64,000 bases of DNA from Candidatus Falkowbacteria bacterium (GTDB lineage: Bacteria > Patescibacteriota > Patescibacteriia > UBA11705 > JACRDX01), in the NCBI GenBank assembly GCA_043798985.1, contig JAZDOE010000008.1:2332-66331 (forward strand), in the 5' to 3' direction. The position numbers were made by a program, and so were the translations under genes. Shown here piece by piece: positions 20,467 through 29,578 of this stretch (position 1 is its first letter; every line of letters starts with the position of its first letter). The notes beneath the pieces are model-generated. The model did not search any database. It was not told the origin of the DNA and saw only the letters and a list, made by a program, of their open reading frames with translations.

Positions 20467-21468
20467 ATGCTATCTCAAACCGCGAAGTTATTTATGTCAT
20501 CTCTTGCCAATGCGCAAGATATTTTAATTGCTTATCCGAATAATTTTGACGCAGACGCCGTTGCGGCGAGCATCACATTAGGGCGCGTTGCCGAAAAATT
20601 AAATAAACGTTTTAAAATCACGGGCAACGCGCCATTTATTCCGGATATAATTAAAACTTTGCCGCTTGGTGAAACTCTTTTTTTGCGACCAGATTCTTGG
20701 GTTGAACCACGCGATTTAACAAACAGCCACGACCTTTTGATCACAATCAACGCGCCAACAATATCCAGTCTTGAAACATTTTTTTACACCAAGCCCGGGC
20801 TAATCTATCAAACCCCTTTAGTCAACATTAACCATGGCAATGGCAATGAAAAATTTGGAACATTAAACATCATTCAGGAAGCAGCATCGTCTGTCTCCGA
20901 GATCATCTACGATATTTTAAAAGCCAGCGACAACACTTTTATGGACGAGAACATTGCCACATGTCTGCTTGCTGGCATGCTTTATAAAACAAAACGCTTC
21001 AAGTCAACCAGCATCGCAGGGCAGACACTTTCAACATTCAAACAAATCGTAGAAAGTGGCGCGCAAAAAAATGAAGTTTTCAAACATCTGTATCGCACAA
21101 AAACAATAAGTTCCATAAAACTTTGGAGTCGAATTTTGTTAAAATTAAAAATGAATCTCGCGGAAACAGTCGGCTGGGTGACGATTCAACAAAGAGACAT
21201 CGCGGAAACAGGAGCTTTCTCATGTGAATTTATTAATATAACCAATGAGCTTTTACACCTTACCCCAACGTTGCAATTTGTTATTTTCTACTATCAGGAA
21301 AACGATACGCCAACCGCGCTCGTAATCAACCGCTCGCAACACAATCTTCTGCGCGAACTAAAAACGTTCAACCCTATTGGGTCAAAAGACATTGTCAAAA
21401 TCTCTATACCCGACATGCCGATGCTTTTGACAGCAATGAACAAAACCGCATCCTTATCAATTTTGTAA
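20467..21468 (+). CDS. DHH/NrnA-like phosphoesterase homologue with degenerate motifs
   Basis: DADAVAAS, NINH..GNEKFGTLN, ASSVSEI, IATCLLAG; the DHH motif reads INH. Confidence 0.75.
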   Translation: MLSQTAKLFMSSLANAQDILIAYPNNFDADAVAASITLGRVAEKLNKRFKITGNAPFIPDIIKTLPLGETLFLRPDSWVEPRDLTNSHDLLITINAPTISSLETFFYTKPGLIYQTPLVNINHGNGNEKFGTLNIIQEAASSVSEIIYDILKASDNTFMDENIATCLLAGMLYKTKRFKSTSIAGQTLSTFKQIVESGAQKNEVFKHLYRTKTISSIKLWSRILLKLKMNLAETVGWVTIQQRDIAETGAFSCEFINITNELLHLTPTLQFVIFYYQENDTPTALVINRSQHNLLRELKTFNPIGSKDIVKISIPDMPMLLTAMNKTASLSIL

Positions 21469-21502
21469 AAACAAAAACCGGCGTTCGCCGGAAAATTGGA
21501 AA

Positions 21503-21576
21503 TGGGTGCTATAGGAGTCGAACCTATGACCTTCTCGACGTCAACGAGACGCTCTAGCCAGCTGAGCTAAGCACCC
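21503..21576 (-). tRNA. tRNA-Val(GAC)
   Basis: Cloverleaf; anticodon arm TCTCG-TTGACGT-CGAGA. Confidence 0.96.
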
Positions 21577-21593
21577 ATGGTACTAAGTACCAA

Positions 21594-21679
21594 TGGTGGG
21601 CATGGTGGGAGTTGAACCCACATGGCCAAAGGCCACACGATTTTGAGTCGTGCGCGTATGCCAATTCCGCCACATGCCC
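21594..21679 (-). tRNA. tRNA-Leu(CAA)
   Basis: Long variable arm; CACGA-CTCAAAA-TCGTG; encoded CCA. Confidence 0.96.
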
Positions 21680-21729
21680 AAACAATACTACGCATTATAC
21701 CAGATTTTTTTATAAAATAAAGAGCCATC

Positions 21730-21806
21730 TGGTGGTCGCACCTGGGCTCGAACCAGGGACCTTTCGGATGTGAACCGAACGCTCTAACCAGCTGAGCTAT
21801 GCGACC
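21730..21806 (-). tRNA. tRNA-Val(CAC)
   Basis: TTCGG-TTCACAT-CCGAA anticodon arm; encoded CCA. Confidence 0.96.
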
Positions 21807-22038
21807 TTTGTAAATATTTTTCTACTCGTTTCCTTAAATATCCTCGGCCAAAACCCGTTTTTAATTGTCGCTCCCTTTTCATTGCATCGTCCTTCACTAA
21901 ACATACCTCGTAATACGCCATCTCTATGCTCCCCATCCTGATCGTAGTGTGCGTTTTGCCCGAGAGATGCTCTGCCAATCTCCTTTCTAAGTTCCCTGTA
22001 CATCCAACATAAAACCTATCTAAATCTTTGCTATACAT
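21784..22038 (-). CDS. Small GIY-YIG nuclease, probably 5'-damaged; its stop codon lies inside tRNA-Val
   Basis: FYVGCTGNLERRLAEH...YYE...AMKRERQLKTGFGR; the upstream ATG TGG TAT GTA (MWYV) strand is out of frame. Confidence 0.85.
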   Translation of the reverse strand: MYSKDLDRFYVGCTGNLERRLAEHLSGKTHTTIRMGSIEMAYYEVCLVKDDAMKRERQLKTGFGRGYLRKRVEKYLQRSHSSAG

Positions 22039-22053
22039 ACCACATATCTTTTG

Positions 22054-22162
22054 CGCTCCCCGCCCAAAGCCCGAAGGGCATTGTGGCGGGCCCGCCAGAC
22101 TGCGAAGCTGTCGGCGGGTAACCAGCCCCAAGGGGGCCCCTTCGGGGCTGAGCTATGCGACC
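22054..22162 (-). pseudogene. 5' relic of tRNA-Val(CAC) interrupted by three hairpin inserts
   Basis: GGTCGCATAGCTCAG | 22 nt | CTGGTTA | 28+32 nt | GAGCG; the flanking pieces equal the first 27 nt of the intact tRNA. Confidence 0.9.
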
Positions 22163-22779
22163 TTTTTACCAACTAATTTTTCAATTTTCAAAACCAGTGT
22201 ATCAACCTCCTGCGGCCTACCACGAAAATCAGTTCCTTCAATCGGCACAACTAAAATTGGCGCGCGCTCAAAATTTTTCGCCCAATCATTATATTTATCA
22301 TTCAAACACGCAATATATTCTTTATTTTTTTGGATTTCCTGTTCCATCATTCTACCGCGTCGCCGTATCCTATCAAGCAATGTTTCAACCTCACCCTTTA
22401 AATAAATTATCACATCCGGCGACGGCAACAAATCGGCCGCGCTTTCATAAATATCCGAATAAACACGCCATTCGTCATCACTCATAAAACCATCTGCCCT
22501 CAAAAGCTTCGCAAAAACCTCGGCGTTTTCATAAATACTGCGATCTTGAATCACTGAATTTTTTGCCTCGGCAATATCATGATGATTCTTTATGCTCTGC
22601 GCGAGAAAGAACAATTGAGAATGAAACGCCCACGTTTTTTTATCCTGATAAAATCTTTCAAGATAAGGATTTTCAGCAAAAAAATCTTCCAGACAAGTTT
22701 TAAAATTTAATCTTGCTGCCAATGTTTTTGTCAGATTGGTTTTTCCAGACCCAATATTTCCGGCAATCGCGATAAACAT
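22153..22779 (-). CDS. Deoxynucleoside kinase
   Basis: IAGNIGSGKT P-loop, QLFFL, QDRSIYE, RIRRRGR lid. Confidence 0.93.
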   Translation of the reverse strand: MFIAIAGNIGSGKTNLTKTLAARLNFKTCLEDFFAENPYLERFYQDKKTWAFHSQLFFLAQSIKNHHDIAEAKNSVIQDRSIYENAEVFAKLLRADGFMSDDEWRVYSDIYESAADLLPSPDVIIYLKGEVETLLDRIRRRGRMMEQEIQKNKEYIACLNDKYNDWAKNFERAPILVVPIEGTDFRGRPQEVDTLVLKIEKLVGKKVA

Positions 22780-22824
22780 ATTTTGGTGGGCACAGATGGA
22801 CTTGAACCATCGACCCCCGCCTTA

Positions 22825-22932
22825 CCCGCCTGCCAGAGTCTGTGGGCGCAACTGGACTCGAACCAGTGACCCCCGCCTTATAAGGGCGATGCTCTAACCA
22901 GCTGAGCTATGCGCCCACAGACGGCGGGCAGG
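22825..22932. mobile_element. 108-bp inverted-repeat-bounded insert carrying a tRNA gene
   Basis: Termini CCCGCCTGCC and GGCGGGCAGG; internal inverted repeat GTCTGT/ACAGAC extends the acceptor stem of the cargo tRNA. Confidence 0.7.
22843..22916 (-). tRNA. tRNA-Ile(TAT), nested inside the insert
   Basis: Complete cloverleaf GGGCGCA...TCGCC-CTTATAA-GGCGG...ACTGG-TTCGAGT-CCAGT-TGCGCCC-A. Confidence 0.92.
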
Positions 22933-23003
22933 TAAGGGCGGTGCGGCTATGTGCCCATTAGATGCTCAAACGATATCACAAAAAAAGTAAATATTCAACC
23001 TTA

Positions 23004-23630
23004 TTATATCCAAATTCTCATTTCTCTTTCAAATAACCTCTCAACATTATCCTTTAACGCCGCGCCTAAAGAACCCAGCTCATCACGAGATATAGCCAAC
23101 TCGCTCTGTGGTTTTAGCAGCGCTTGAACAATTTTCTTGTTCAACGCAGTACTAATATCCAATTCAAGTGATTTGCGCGAGATATATCCAAAATGAATCA
23201 CCGCGCGAATTGCCCAAATATAACAAAAAAGCCGCACCTGTTCAAATTTTTTGTTCAAAAAAACTGTAAGCAAAAACTGTTCCAATAAATCCCAAAACCC
23301 CACGTCCCGTTCTTCGCCTGCGGCAACCTGCGAAACAAATCCGCGAATAAAATCGCGCACAAGTATCCATTCAGCAATGTCTTCTCCCATGCGATGCAAT
23401 AGCGCTGCGCCAATTAATTGCTTAATATCTTTTGCCCCTGCGATATTGAATTCAACAATACCAAAGCTCGCCAAATGACCGGCAAGTTTGCTATTCATTT
23501 TTTTTATACCACGACCAGCAACAACGACCTTTCCGAGCTCACGTGTATAAACCAAAAAAAGAGCATCCGCTCCGTTTTTTGCCTCATACTGATTCAGCAC
23601 TATTCCTTTTGTTTTTATTATAGAGAACAT
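23004..23630 (-). CDS. recO: DNA repair protein RecO
   Basis: KTKGIVL...ADAL..VYTRELGKV.V.GRGIKK..SKLAGHL N-terminal OB fold. Confidence 0.88.
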   Translation of the reverse strand: MFSIIKTKGIVLNQYEAKNGADALFLVYTRELGKVVVAGRGIKKMNSKLAGHLASFGIVEFNIAGAKDIKQLIGAALLHRMGEDIAEWILVRDFIRGFVSQVAAGEERDVGFWDLLEQFLLTVFLNKKFEQVRLFCYIWAIRAVIHFGYISRKSLELDISTALNKKIVQALLKPQSELAISRDELGSLGAALKDNVERLFEREMRIWI

Positions 23631-24007
23631 ATCTGCTTACTGTCCAAAAAATTCTGCAAAATAATCATAGCTGCCACGCTATCCTCGTCCTTTTTGCTTT
23701 TACCAAGCATCCCTCCAGCTAACCTTGTCGTCATGCGTTCGTCAACAATGTGCAATGGCAAAGCGAGCTCTTTCTTTAAAGATTCAATAAATATATCCAA
23801 TAATCTCGTTGGCACTTTTGTTTTCGTCGGGACACCTATAACCAGCTCGCTAATATTATTCTCTAATGCAATTTTTTTAAGTCGTAAAACCGCGGCATTA
23901 ACGTCTTGAAGCCGAATAATTTCAAATGGCACGGCAATCATTGTTTCATCGCTACCGATTGCCACACCAATTTTGCTTTTCCCCCAATCTAGTCCTAAAA
24001 AATTCAT
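23618..24007 (-). CDS. ruvX: Holliday junction resolvase-like RuvX/YqgF
   Basis: LGLDWGKSKIGVA, VIGVP, DERMTT, DSVAAMIILQ. Confidence 0.93.
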   Translation of the reverse strand: MNFLGLDWGKSKIGVAIGSDETMIAVPFEIIRLQDVNAAVLRLKKIALENNISELVIGVPTKTKVPTRLLDIFIESLKKELALPLHIVDERMTTRLAGGMLGKSKKDEDSVAAMIILQNFLDSKQICSL

Positions 24008-24011
24008 AAAT

Positions 24012-24770
24012 TTACTTTGTAATTACTATTGCCCCACGTTCAGTCACTGCCACAGTATGTTCAAAATGCGCGGAGCATGACCCATCTTTTGTGACCACTG
24101 TCCATCCGTCTTTTTTGGTTTCCACCTCCCATTCACCAGCATTAATCATCGGCTCAAATGCCAAAACCATTCCGGGCGTCAAAACAAAATGAAAATTATT
24201 AATTACATAATTTGGAATTTGCGGCTCTTCATGCACATCATGCCCAACGCCATGGCCAACCAGTTGCCGCACAACAGAAAACCCCTCTGTCTCAACCGTC
24301 TTTTGAATAGCGCGCGAAACATCTTGCAAATCAACATTTGGCCGCGTCTTTTTAATCGCCACGAGTAGAGCCTTTTCCGCGGTTTTTATCAACCGCTTAT
24401 TCTTAGTTGTCATCTTTCCAACGCCAACGGTCATTGCTGTATCCGTATACAAACCCTTATATTCCATCCCAAGATCCAACCCAACAATGTCGCCATCTTT
24501 TAACACCTTCGTTGCCAACGGAATCCCATGAACCACTTCGTTATTTATTGAAACACAAAGCGCCGCTGGAAACGGGTTCCTATTCCCGCCAAAATCTTTA
24601 AAAGACGGCTGGCCGCCGGCCTTTTTAATTAAATTCTCTGCGAGCGCATTCAGATCAGACGCGCGCACATTAACCTTTGCCGCACGTGCCACTGTACGCA
24701 AAATTCGCCCAAGCTTTTTCCCGCCTTCGCGCAAAATGACTAAATCTTCCTTACTTTTTATCAAACTCAT
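24012..24770 (-). CDS. map: Methionine aminopeptidase type I
   Basis: CVSINNEVVHGIP, GHGVG..VHEEP, SAHFEHT. Confidence 0.98.
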   Translation of the reverse strand: MSLIKSKEDLVILREGGKKLGRILRTVARAAKVNVRASDLNALAENLIKKAGGQPSFKDFGGNRNPFPAALCVSINNEVVHGIPLATKVLKDGDIVGLDLGMEYKGLYTDTAMTVGVGKMTTKNKRLIKTAEKALLVAIKKTRPNVDLQDVSRAIQKTVETEGFSVVRQLVGHGVGHDVHEEPQIPNYVINNFHFVLTPGMVLAFEPMINAGEWEVETKKDGWTVVTKDGSCSAHFEHTVAVTERGAIVITK

Positions 24771-24847
24771 ATAAACTGATCATACCAAAAATTATCAAAA
24801 ATGCCCATTAAACGGGCAAGTTGATGTTCAACGTTTGTAATTTATCT

Positions 24848-26119
24848 TTATAGCCCCTCGTAATCTCTCATAACCAACTGTGATTCTATTTGTTTGATCG
24901 TTTCAATAACGACGCTGACTACGATCAACAAGCTCGTACCGCCAATCACCATAGATTGCAAACCTGTCGCCTGCCTCATAACTAATGGTAGCACCGCTAT
25001 AATACTCAAAAATAATGCCCCGGCCAATGTAATTCTGCTAATTATATTCTGTAAATAACCAGACGTTTGCGTACCCGGTCTAATCCCGGGAATAAAGCCG
25101 CCGTGTTTCTGCAAATTATCAGCAATTTGCGTCGGATGAAAAATGACCGCCGTATAAAAATAAGTAAACCCGAAAACCAACACAAAATAAGCAATCCCGT
25201 AAAATATCTGATTCTGAAAAGCATCAATGATCCATTGCGCCGCATTCGCGATGAATGCGGTTTTCGCACGCAACATAAATTGTGCGATCATTGGCGGGAA
25301 TAAAATTACCGAAATAGCAAAGATAATTGGAATAACACCCGCCTGATTTATCCGTAGCGGCAAATGCGTGCTCGTACCGCCATACATGCGCGCGCCGCGG
25401 ACACGTTTAGCGTAAACAACAGGAATGTTTCTTTGCGCCTCGTTGATAATGACTACGCCGGCGATCGTAATAATCGCAATTGCTATAAATACCAATGCAT
25501 TAATCAACTGCGCCTTATTAAAATTAATTGCAATTTCCTGTATTGTGGACGGCAATTGCGCCACGATTCCAGCAAAAATCAACAACGATATTCCGTTTCC
25601 AATCTTCCTTTCGGTGATCAGTTCGCCAAGCCACATTAAAAATACGGTGCCAGCGGTAATAACAATCATTGTTCCTGCCAAATTCCAAAAAGACATGTTC
25701 TCTAAAATCGGACGAGAAGACTGGCTCAACAAATTAATCATGCCAAACGCCTGCAATAATGCTAACGGCACCGTCGCAATTCGCGTATACATGTTTATTT
25801 TTTGTCTGCCGCCTTCTTCTTTGCTCATCTCTTCCAGCTTAGGAATAATCATTGCCAACAATTGAAATATAATTGAGGCCGTGATATACGGCGCAACTCC
25901 AAGCATGACAATAGAAAAATTGCTCATTCCTCCGCCGGCAAAAATATTCATCAAGCCCAAAAGCTGATTGCCAGAAAAAAATGAGCGCAGATTTTCTACG
26001 TTAACGCCAGGCACAGGAATGTGCGCCAATAACCTGAAAATCACCAACGCGCCCAAAACAAATAATATATTTTTTCTCAAATCTTTTGCCTTCCAGATTT
26101 GCAAAAGTTTTTCAAACAT
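24848..26119 (-). CDS. secY: Preprotein translocase SecY
   Basis: LGVAPYITASII, GNGISLLIF, AGVIPIIFA, IPGIRPG, GGTSLLIVV. Confidence 0.99.
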   Translation of the reverse strand: MFEKLLQIWKAKDLRKNILFVLGALVIFRLLAHIPVPGVNVENLRSFFSGNQLLGLMNIFAGGGMSNFSIVMLGVAPYITASIIFQLLAMIIPKLEEMSKEEGGRQKINMYTRIATVPLALLQAFGMINLLSQSSRPILENMSFWNLAGTMIVITAGTVFLMWLGELITERKIGNGISLLIFAGIVAQLPSTIQEIAINFNKAQLINALVFIAIAIITIAGVVIINEAQRNIPVVYAKRVRGARMYGGTSTHLPLRINQAGVIPIIFAISVILFPPMIAQFMLRAKTAFIANAAQWIIDAFQNQIFYGIAYFVLVFGFTYFYTAVIFHPTQIADNLQKHGGFIPGIRPGTQTSGYLQNIISRITLAGALFLSIIAVLPLVMRQATGLQSMVIGGTSLLIVVSVVIETIKQIESQLVMRDYEGL

Positions 26120-26132
26120 ATTTTTAAAACGG

Positions 26133-26573
26133 CTACTCTATTTTTCCACCGGCTGCCTCTATTTTCTTTTTAGCTGACTCAGCAACAAAACAATTACTTA
26201 TTGTCACTTTTTTTGTTATTTGCCCAATACCCAAAATCTTTACTGGCAAATCAGTTCTCTTAATCAAATTCTTTTCCTTCAGAATTACTGGAGAAATGAT
26301 TGCATCTACGGCAAATTTCTTTTCTATATCGCACAAATTAACCGCTTGATTTTCAGGCTTTATGCTTTTTATCCCTTTAAACTTAGGCAAACGCAATAGA
26401 GTAAAACGCAATCCACGCAATTTCAAACCTCTCTTTCCACCAGATCTAGCGCGCTGTCCTTTTGAACCGCGGGTACTAAAAGTGCCATGCCCAGAAGCAT
26501 TGCCGCGGCCAACGATTTTGCGTTTCTTTATTCCACGCCCTTTATTCGTTAATGTATTTAATTGCATCGTCAT
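26133..26573 (-). CDS. rplO: 50S ribosomal protein L15
   Basis: VGRG.ASGHG...RGSKGQRARSG; KIEAAGG. Confidence 0.97.
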   Translation of the reverse strand: MTMQLNTLTNKGRGIKKRKIVGRGNASGHGTFSTRGSKGQRARSGGKRGLKLRGLRFTLLRLPKFKGIKSIKPENQAVNLCDIEKKFAVDAIISPVILKEKNLIKRTDLPVKILGIGQITKKVTISNCFVAESAKKKIEAAGGKIE

Positions 26574-26588
26574 AACTCAAAATTTATT

Positions 26589-27104
26589 TTATTCCTTCAC
26601 ATTCTGGCTCGCAGGAACAACTTGCTCTTTTTTCTTTTTAGCCACCATCGAGCTAGGCTTAAAACTCTTTAACGCCACCAATACCGCGCGTACATTATTA
26701 ATCTTATTTCTTGAACCAAAAATCTTACTGACAACATTCGGAACTCCCGCTAATTTCAAAACCACACGAACAGCTCCTCCTGCTTTCACGCCGGTTCCTC
26801 TTGGCGCTGGTTTCAAAAACAATCTAGCCGCTCCTTCTTTAACAATAATCGCATGTGGAATTGTTTCATTAACCAACGTCACATTAATTACGCTTTTCTC
26901 TGCTTTGCGCGACGCTTTTTCTACAGCCAATGCCACGTCTGCGCCCTTAGCCAATCCAATTCCAATTCTGCCTTTTCCATCACCAACCGCCACGCAAGCC
27001 CGAAAACGCAAACGTTTGCCACCAGCGGTGACACGCGTTACTCTCGCCAAATCTATAATTTTCTGAGCAAATTCTTTTTTTTCTTGTGGTCGTCTATATG
27101 CCAT
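26589..27104 (-). CDS. rpsE: 30S ribosomal protein S5
   Basis: RVTRVTAGGKRLRF, PAPRGTGVKAGG. Confidence 0.98.
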   Translation of the reverse strand: MAYRRPQEKKEFAQKIIDLARVTRVTAGGKRLRFRACVAVGDGKGRIGIGLAKGADVALAVEKASRKAEKSVINVTLVNETIPHAIIVKEGAARLFLKPAPRGTGVKAGGAVRVVLKLAGVPNVVSKIFGSRNKINNVRAVLVALKSFKPSSMVAKKKKEQVVPASQNVKE

Positions 27105-27118
27105 ACGATATTTTAAAA

Positions 27119-27478
27119 TTAAAATTTCAAACCAGCCTCTCTCGCACCTTCAGCCGCAGCCTTAATTCGTCCATGATATTTAGCGCTACCACGATCAAAA
27201 ACTACAACCTTAACGCCTTTTTCTATAGATTTTTTGGCCACTAACGTTCCAACTTCCTTGGCAACCTCAACTGGCTTTTTCTTTTTCACATCAACTTCTC
27301 CATCCCACGCGGCGGCAACAGTGCTTTGTTTAGCGTCATCAATAATCTGCGCATAAATATGTTTCAACGTTCTTCGCACGCACAACCGCGGTTTGCCGCC
27401 TTGACTTACGCGCTTAAAAACACGCTCTTTGCGCAATGTCCTTTTAAATCTTTTTGCTTTTATCGTCTTTGTGTCCAT
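27119..27478 (-). CDS. rplR: 50S ribosomal protein L18
   Basis: HIYAQIIDD, VFDRG...YHGRIKA...AREAGLKF. Confidence 0.98.
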   Translation of the reverse strand: MDTKTIKAKRFKRTLRKERVFKRVSQGGKPRLCVRRTLKHIYAQIIDDAKQSTVAAAWDGEVDVKKKKPVEVAKEVGTLVAKKSIEKGVKVVVFDRGSAKYHGRIKAAAEGAREAGLKF

Positions 27479-27489
27479 ATACCTAAAAT

Positions 27490-28044
27490 TTAACTAGAAG
27501 CTTTACCAGCGCTCTTGCCTTCTTTCAATTTTATTTCTTCACCAAAATAGCGAATTCCTTTGCCTTTGTATGGCTCGGGCTTCCTTATTTTACGGATAAC
27601 GGCCGCTGTCTCACCAACCAACTGCTTATCAATTCCTTGCAATGTGATTACATTTTTTGTCACGCTTGCAGTTATCCCTATTGGTACAAAAAACTCAACT
27701 GGATGAGAAAATCCAACATGTAAGACAAGCGTTGTTCCTTTCATTTCTGCCTTAAAACCAATGCCGCGCATTTCTAATTTTTTCTCAAACCCTATTGACA
27801 CACCAACAACCATGTTCTGTATCAAGCTTCTATACAACCCCCAAAAAGCATTAACTCGCTTATCTTCTTTTTCGGTCTTCGTTGGAATAACAAGAAGCTG
27901 ATTATCTTTTTGCTCAACCTTAACGAGCGAATGTATCACTTGTTTAAGCGTTCCTTTCGCGCCAGACACAATCAAAACAGAGTCTTCCACCTTAATAGTG
28001 ACGCCAGCTGGGATTTCAATTGGTTTCTTTCCTATGCGTGACAT
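27490..28044 (-). CDS. rplF: 50S ribosomal protein L6
   Basis: MSRIGKKPI, PEPYKGKGIRY. Confidence 0.99.
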   Translation of the reverse strand: MSRIGKKPIEIPAGVTIKVEDSVLIVSGAKGTLKQVIHSLVKVEQKDNQLLVIPTKTEKEDKRVNAFWGLYRSLIQNMVVGVSIGFEKKLEMRGIGFKAEMKGTTLVLHVGFSHPVEFFVPIGITASVTKNVITLQGIDKQLVGETAAVIRKIRKPEPYKGKGIRYFGEEIKLKEGKSAGKASS

Positions 28045-28049
28045 ATAAT

Positions 28050-28436
28050 TTAATAAATTTCGCAGACAAACTCTCCTCCGACATTCAATCGTTTTGCCTC
28101 TTTGCTGGTCATCACGCCCCTTGACGTAGAAACAATAGCAACGCCATGCCCACCTAAAACACGCGGAACATTCCCTGCTCCTACATACAATCTACGCCCC
28201 GGCGTACTAATTCGTTTAATACTCATAATGGCCGGCTGTCTATGTTTATCATACAACAATTTAACGCTAAAGTTACGCCCATCTTCTTCCGAAATATTGC
28301 CGAGATATCCTTCTTTTTCCAGAATCTTTGCTATCACAAGTTTCATCTTTGAAAAAGGAATTAAAACATCTGGCTTTCGTACGGCCGAAGCATTTCGAAT
28401 TCTTGTAAGCATGTCAGCGATTGGATCAATAATCAT
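28050..28436 (-). CDS. rpsH: 30S ribosomal protein S8
   Basis: DPIADMLTRIRNA, ISTPGRRLY. Confidence 0.99.
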   Translation of the reverse strand: MIIDPIADMLTRIRNASAVRKPDVLIPFSKMKLVIAKILEKEGYLGNISEEDGRNFSVKLLYDKHRQPAIMSIKRISTPGRRLYVGAGNVPRVLGGHGVAIVSTSRGVMTSKEAKRLNVGGEFVCEIY

Positions 28437-28466
28437 ATTTTACAAAAAATTTTATTTATCAAATAT

Positions 28467-28661
28467 CTACCAGCTACTTCTTCGAACTCCGGGAATATCG
28501 CCCTTTTCCGCCAATTCACGAAAACAAATTCTGCACAAACCAAAATCACGCATATAACCATGTCTGCGCCCACATTTCCAACAACGGTTCAATCTGCGCG
28601 TTGAAAATTTCGGAGCTATATTGGCTTGTTTTGTTTTTTCAATTTGTCCTTGTGTTGCCAT
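28467..28661 (-). CDS. rpsN: 30S ribosomal protein S14 (Zn-binding type Z)
   Basis: RCWKCGR...CRICFRE. Confidence 0.97.
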   Translation of the reverse strand: MATQGQIEKTKQANIAPKFSTRRLNRCWKCGRRHGYMRDFGLCRICFRELAEKGDIPGVRRSSW

Positions 28662-28666
28662 ATATT

Positions 28667-29227
28667 CTATTTCTTTTCTTTTTTATCGTCTTCTTTAAAC
28701 GGAAAACCCAAAAGTTTTAACAACGTAAATCCTTTTTCCCTGTCTTTAGCCGTTGTCTGAATTGTTATCTGCAATCCATGAACGCGCTCAACCTCATCTG
28801 GCCTGATCTCTGGAAACGGTAAATATTCCTTAAAACCAATAGAACAACTGCCAGCTTTATCAAGACATTTTGATGTAATGCCACGAAAATCTTTTACTCG
28901 CGGCAATGTCACATCAATAAGTTTATTCAAAAAATCCCACATTCGTTGTTTGCGCAACGTCACCTTCGCGCCGATCACCATCCCTTTTCTTATCTTAAAA
29001 TTAGAAATAGACAACCGCGATTTTGTGAACACTGGTTTCTGTCCTGTGATACGCGACAAAACTTTTTCAACAATTTCTTTAAGGTCAGCTTCTTTAGAGC
29101 TGGCATTCATGCCAACATTAACAGAAATCTTCTCTATTGTAGGAACTGACAAATTATTTTTGTAACCAAAAAGCTTCTTCATTTCAGCAACAACCTTTTT
29201 ATTGTATTTTTCTTTCAATGCGTTCAT
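28667..29227 (-). CDS. rplE: 50S ribosomal protein L5
   Basis: [30 protein letters not shown]. Confidence 0.98.
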   Translation of the reverse strand: MNALKEKYNKKVVAEMKKLFGYKNNLSVPTIEKISVNVGMNASSKEADLKEIVEKVLSRITGQKPVFTKSRLSISNFKIRKGMVIGAKVTLRKQRMWDFLNKLIDVTLPRVKDFRGITSKCLDKAGSCSIGFKEYLPFPEIRPDEVERVHGLQITIQTTAKDREKGFTLLKLLGFPFKEDDKKEKK

Positions 29228-29235
29228 ATTATTTT

Positions 29236-29571
29236 TTATTCAAGCGCCTCTTTACATTTTTTACAAATTCTAATTTTTGTCTCGCCTTGCGCGCCTTTTT
29301 CAATGGTCTGAAAGCCCACTCTGGTCACTTGATGACAATGCGAACAAACCAATCCGACTTTTGCCACTGTGACTGGCGCTGGCACACGAATCTGCTGCCC
29401 TTTTTCACCAGCTTTCTTTGGTCTCACATTCTTTGTCCTCAAATTCAACCCTTCAACAACCACCCGTCCATCAACAGGAAAAACTCTTAGCACTTTTCCA
29501 TCCTTTCCTTTATCTTTTCCCGCGAGCATTTTTACCTTATCGCCCTTTTTAATTTTTTTATAAATTGCCAT
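29236..29571 (-). CDS. rplX: 50S ribosomal protein L24
   Basis: IKKGDKV..LAGKDKGK KOW motif. Confidence 0.97.
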   Translation of the reverse strand: MAIYKKIKKGDKVKMLAGKDKGKDGKVLRVFPVDGRVVVEGLNLRTKNVRPKKAGEKGQQIRVPAPVTVAKVGLVCSHCHQVTRVGFQTIEKGAQGETKIRICKKCKEALE

Positions 29572-29578
29572 ATACTTT

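Larger units (their letters stand above)
22784..22956 (-). pseudogene. Outer disrupted tRNA-Ile(UAU): 5' half 22933-22956, 3' half 22784-22824
   Basis: Acceptor GGGCACA/TGTGCCC-A-CCA, intact T arm, anticodon loop CTTA|TAA split by a 108-bp insert, D arm collapsed. Confidence 0.88.

Noticed and set aside
22039-22131. N-terminal extension of the GIY-YIG ORF given in the ORF track
   Set aside because: It is a translation of the tRNA relic and hairpins, not nuclease sequence.
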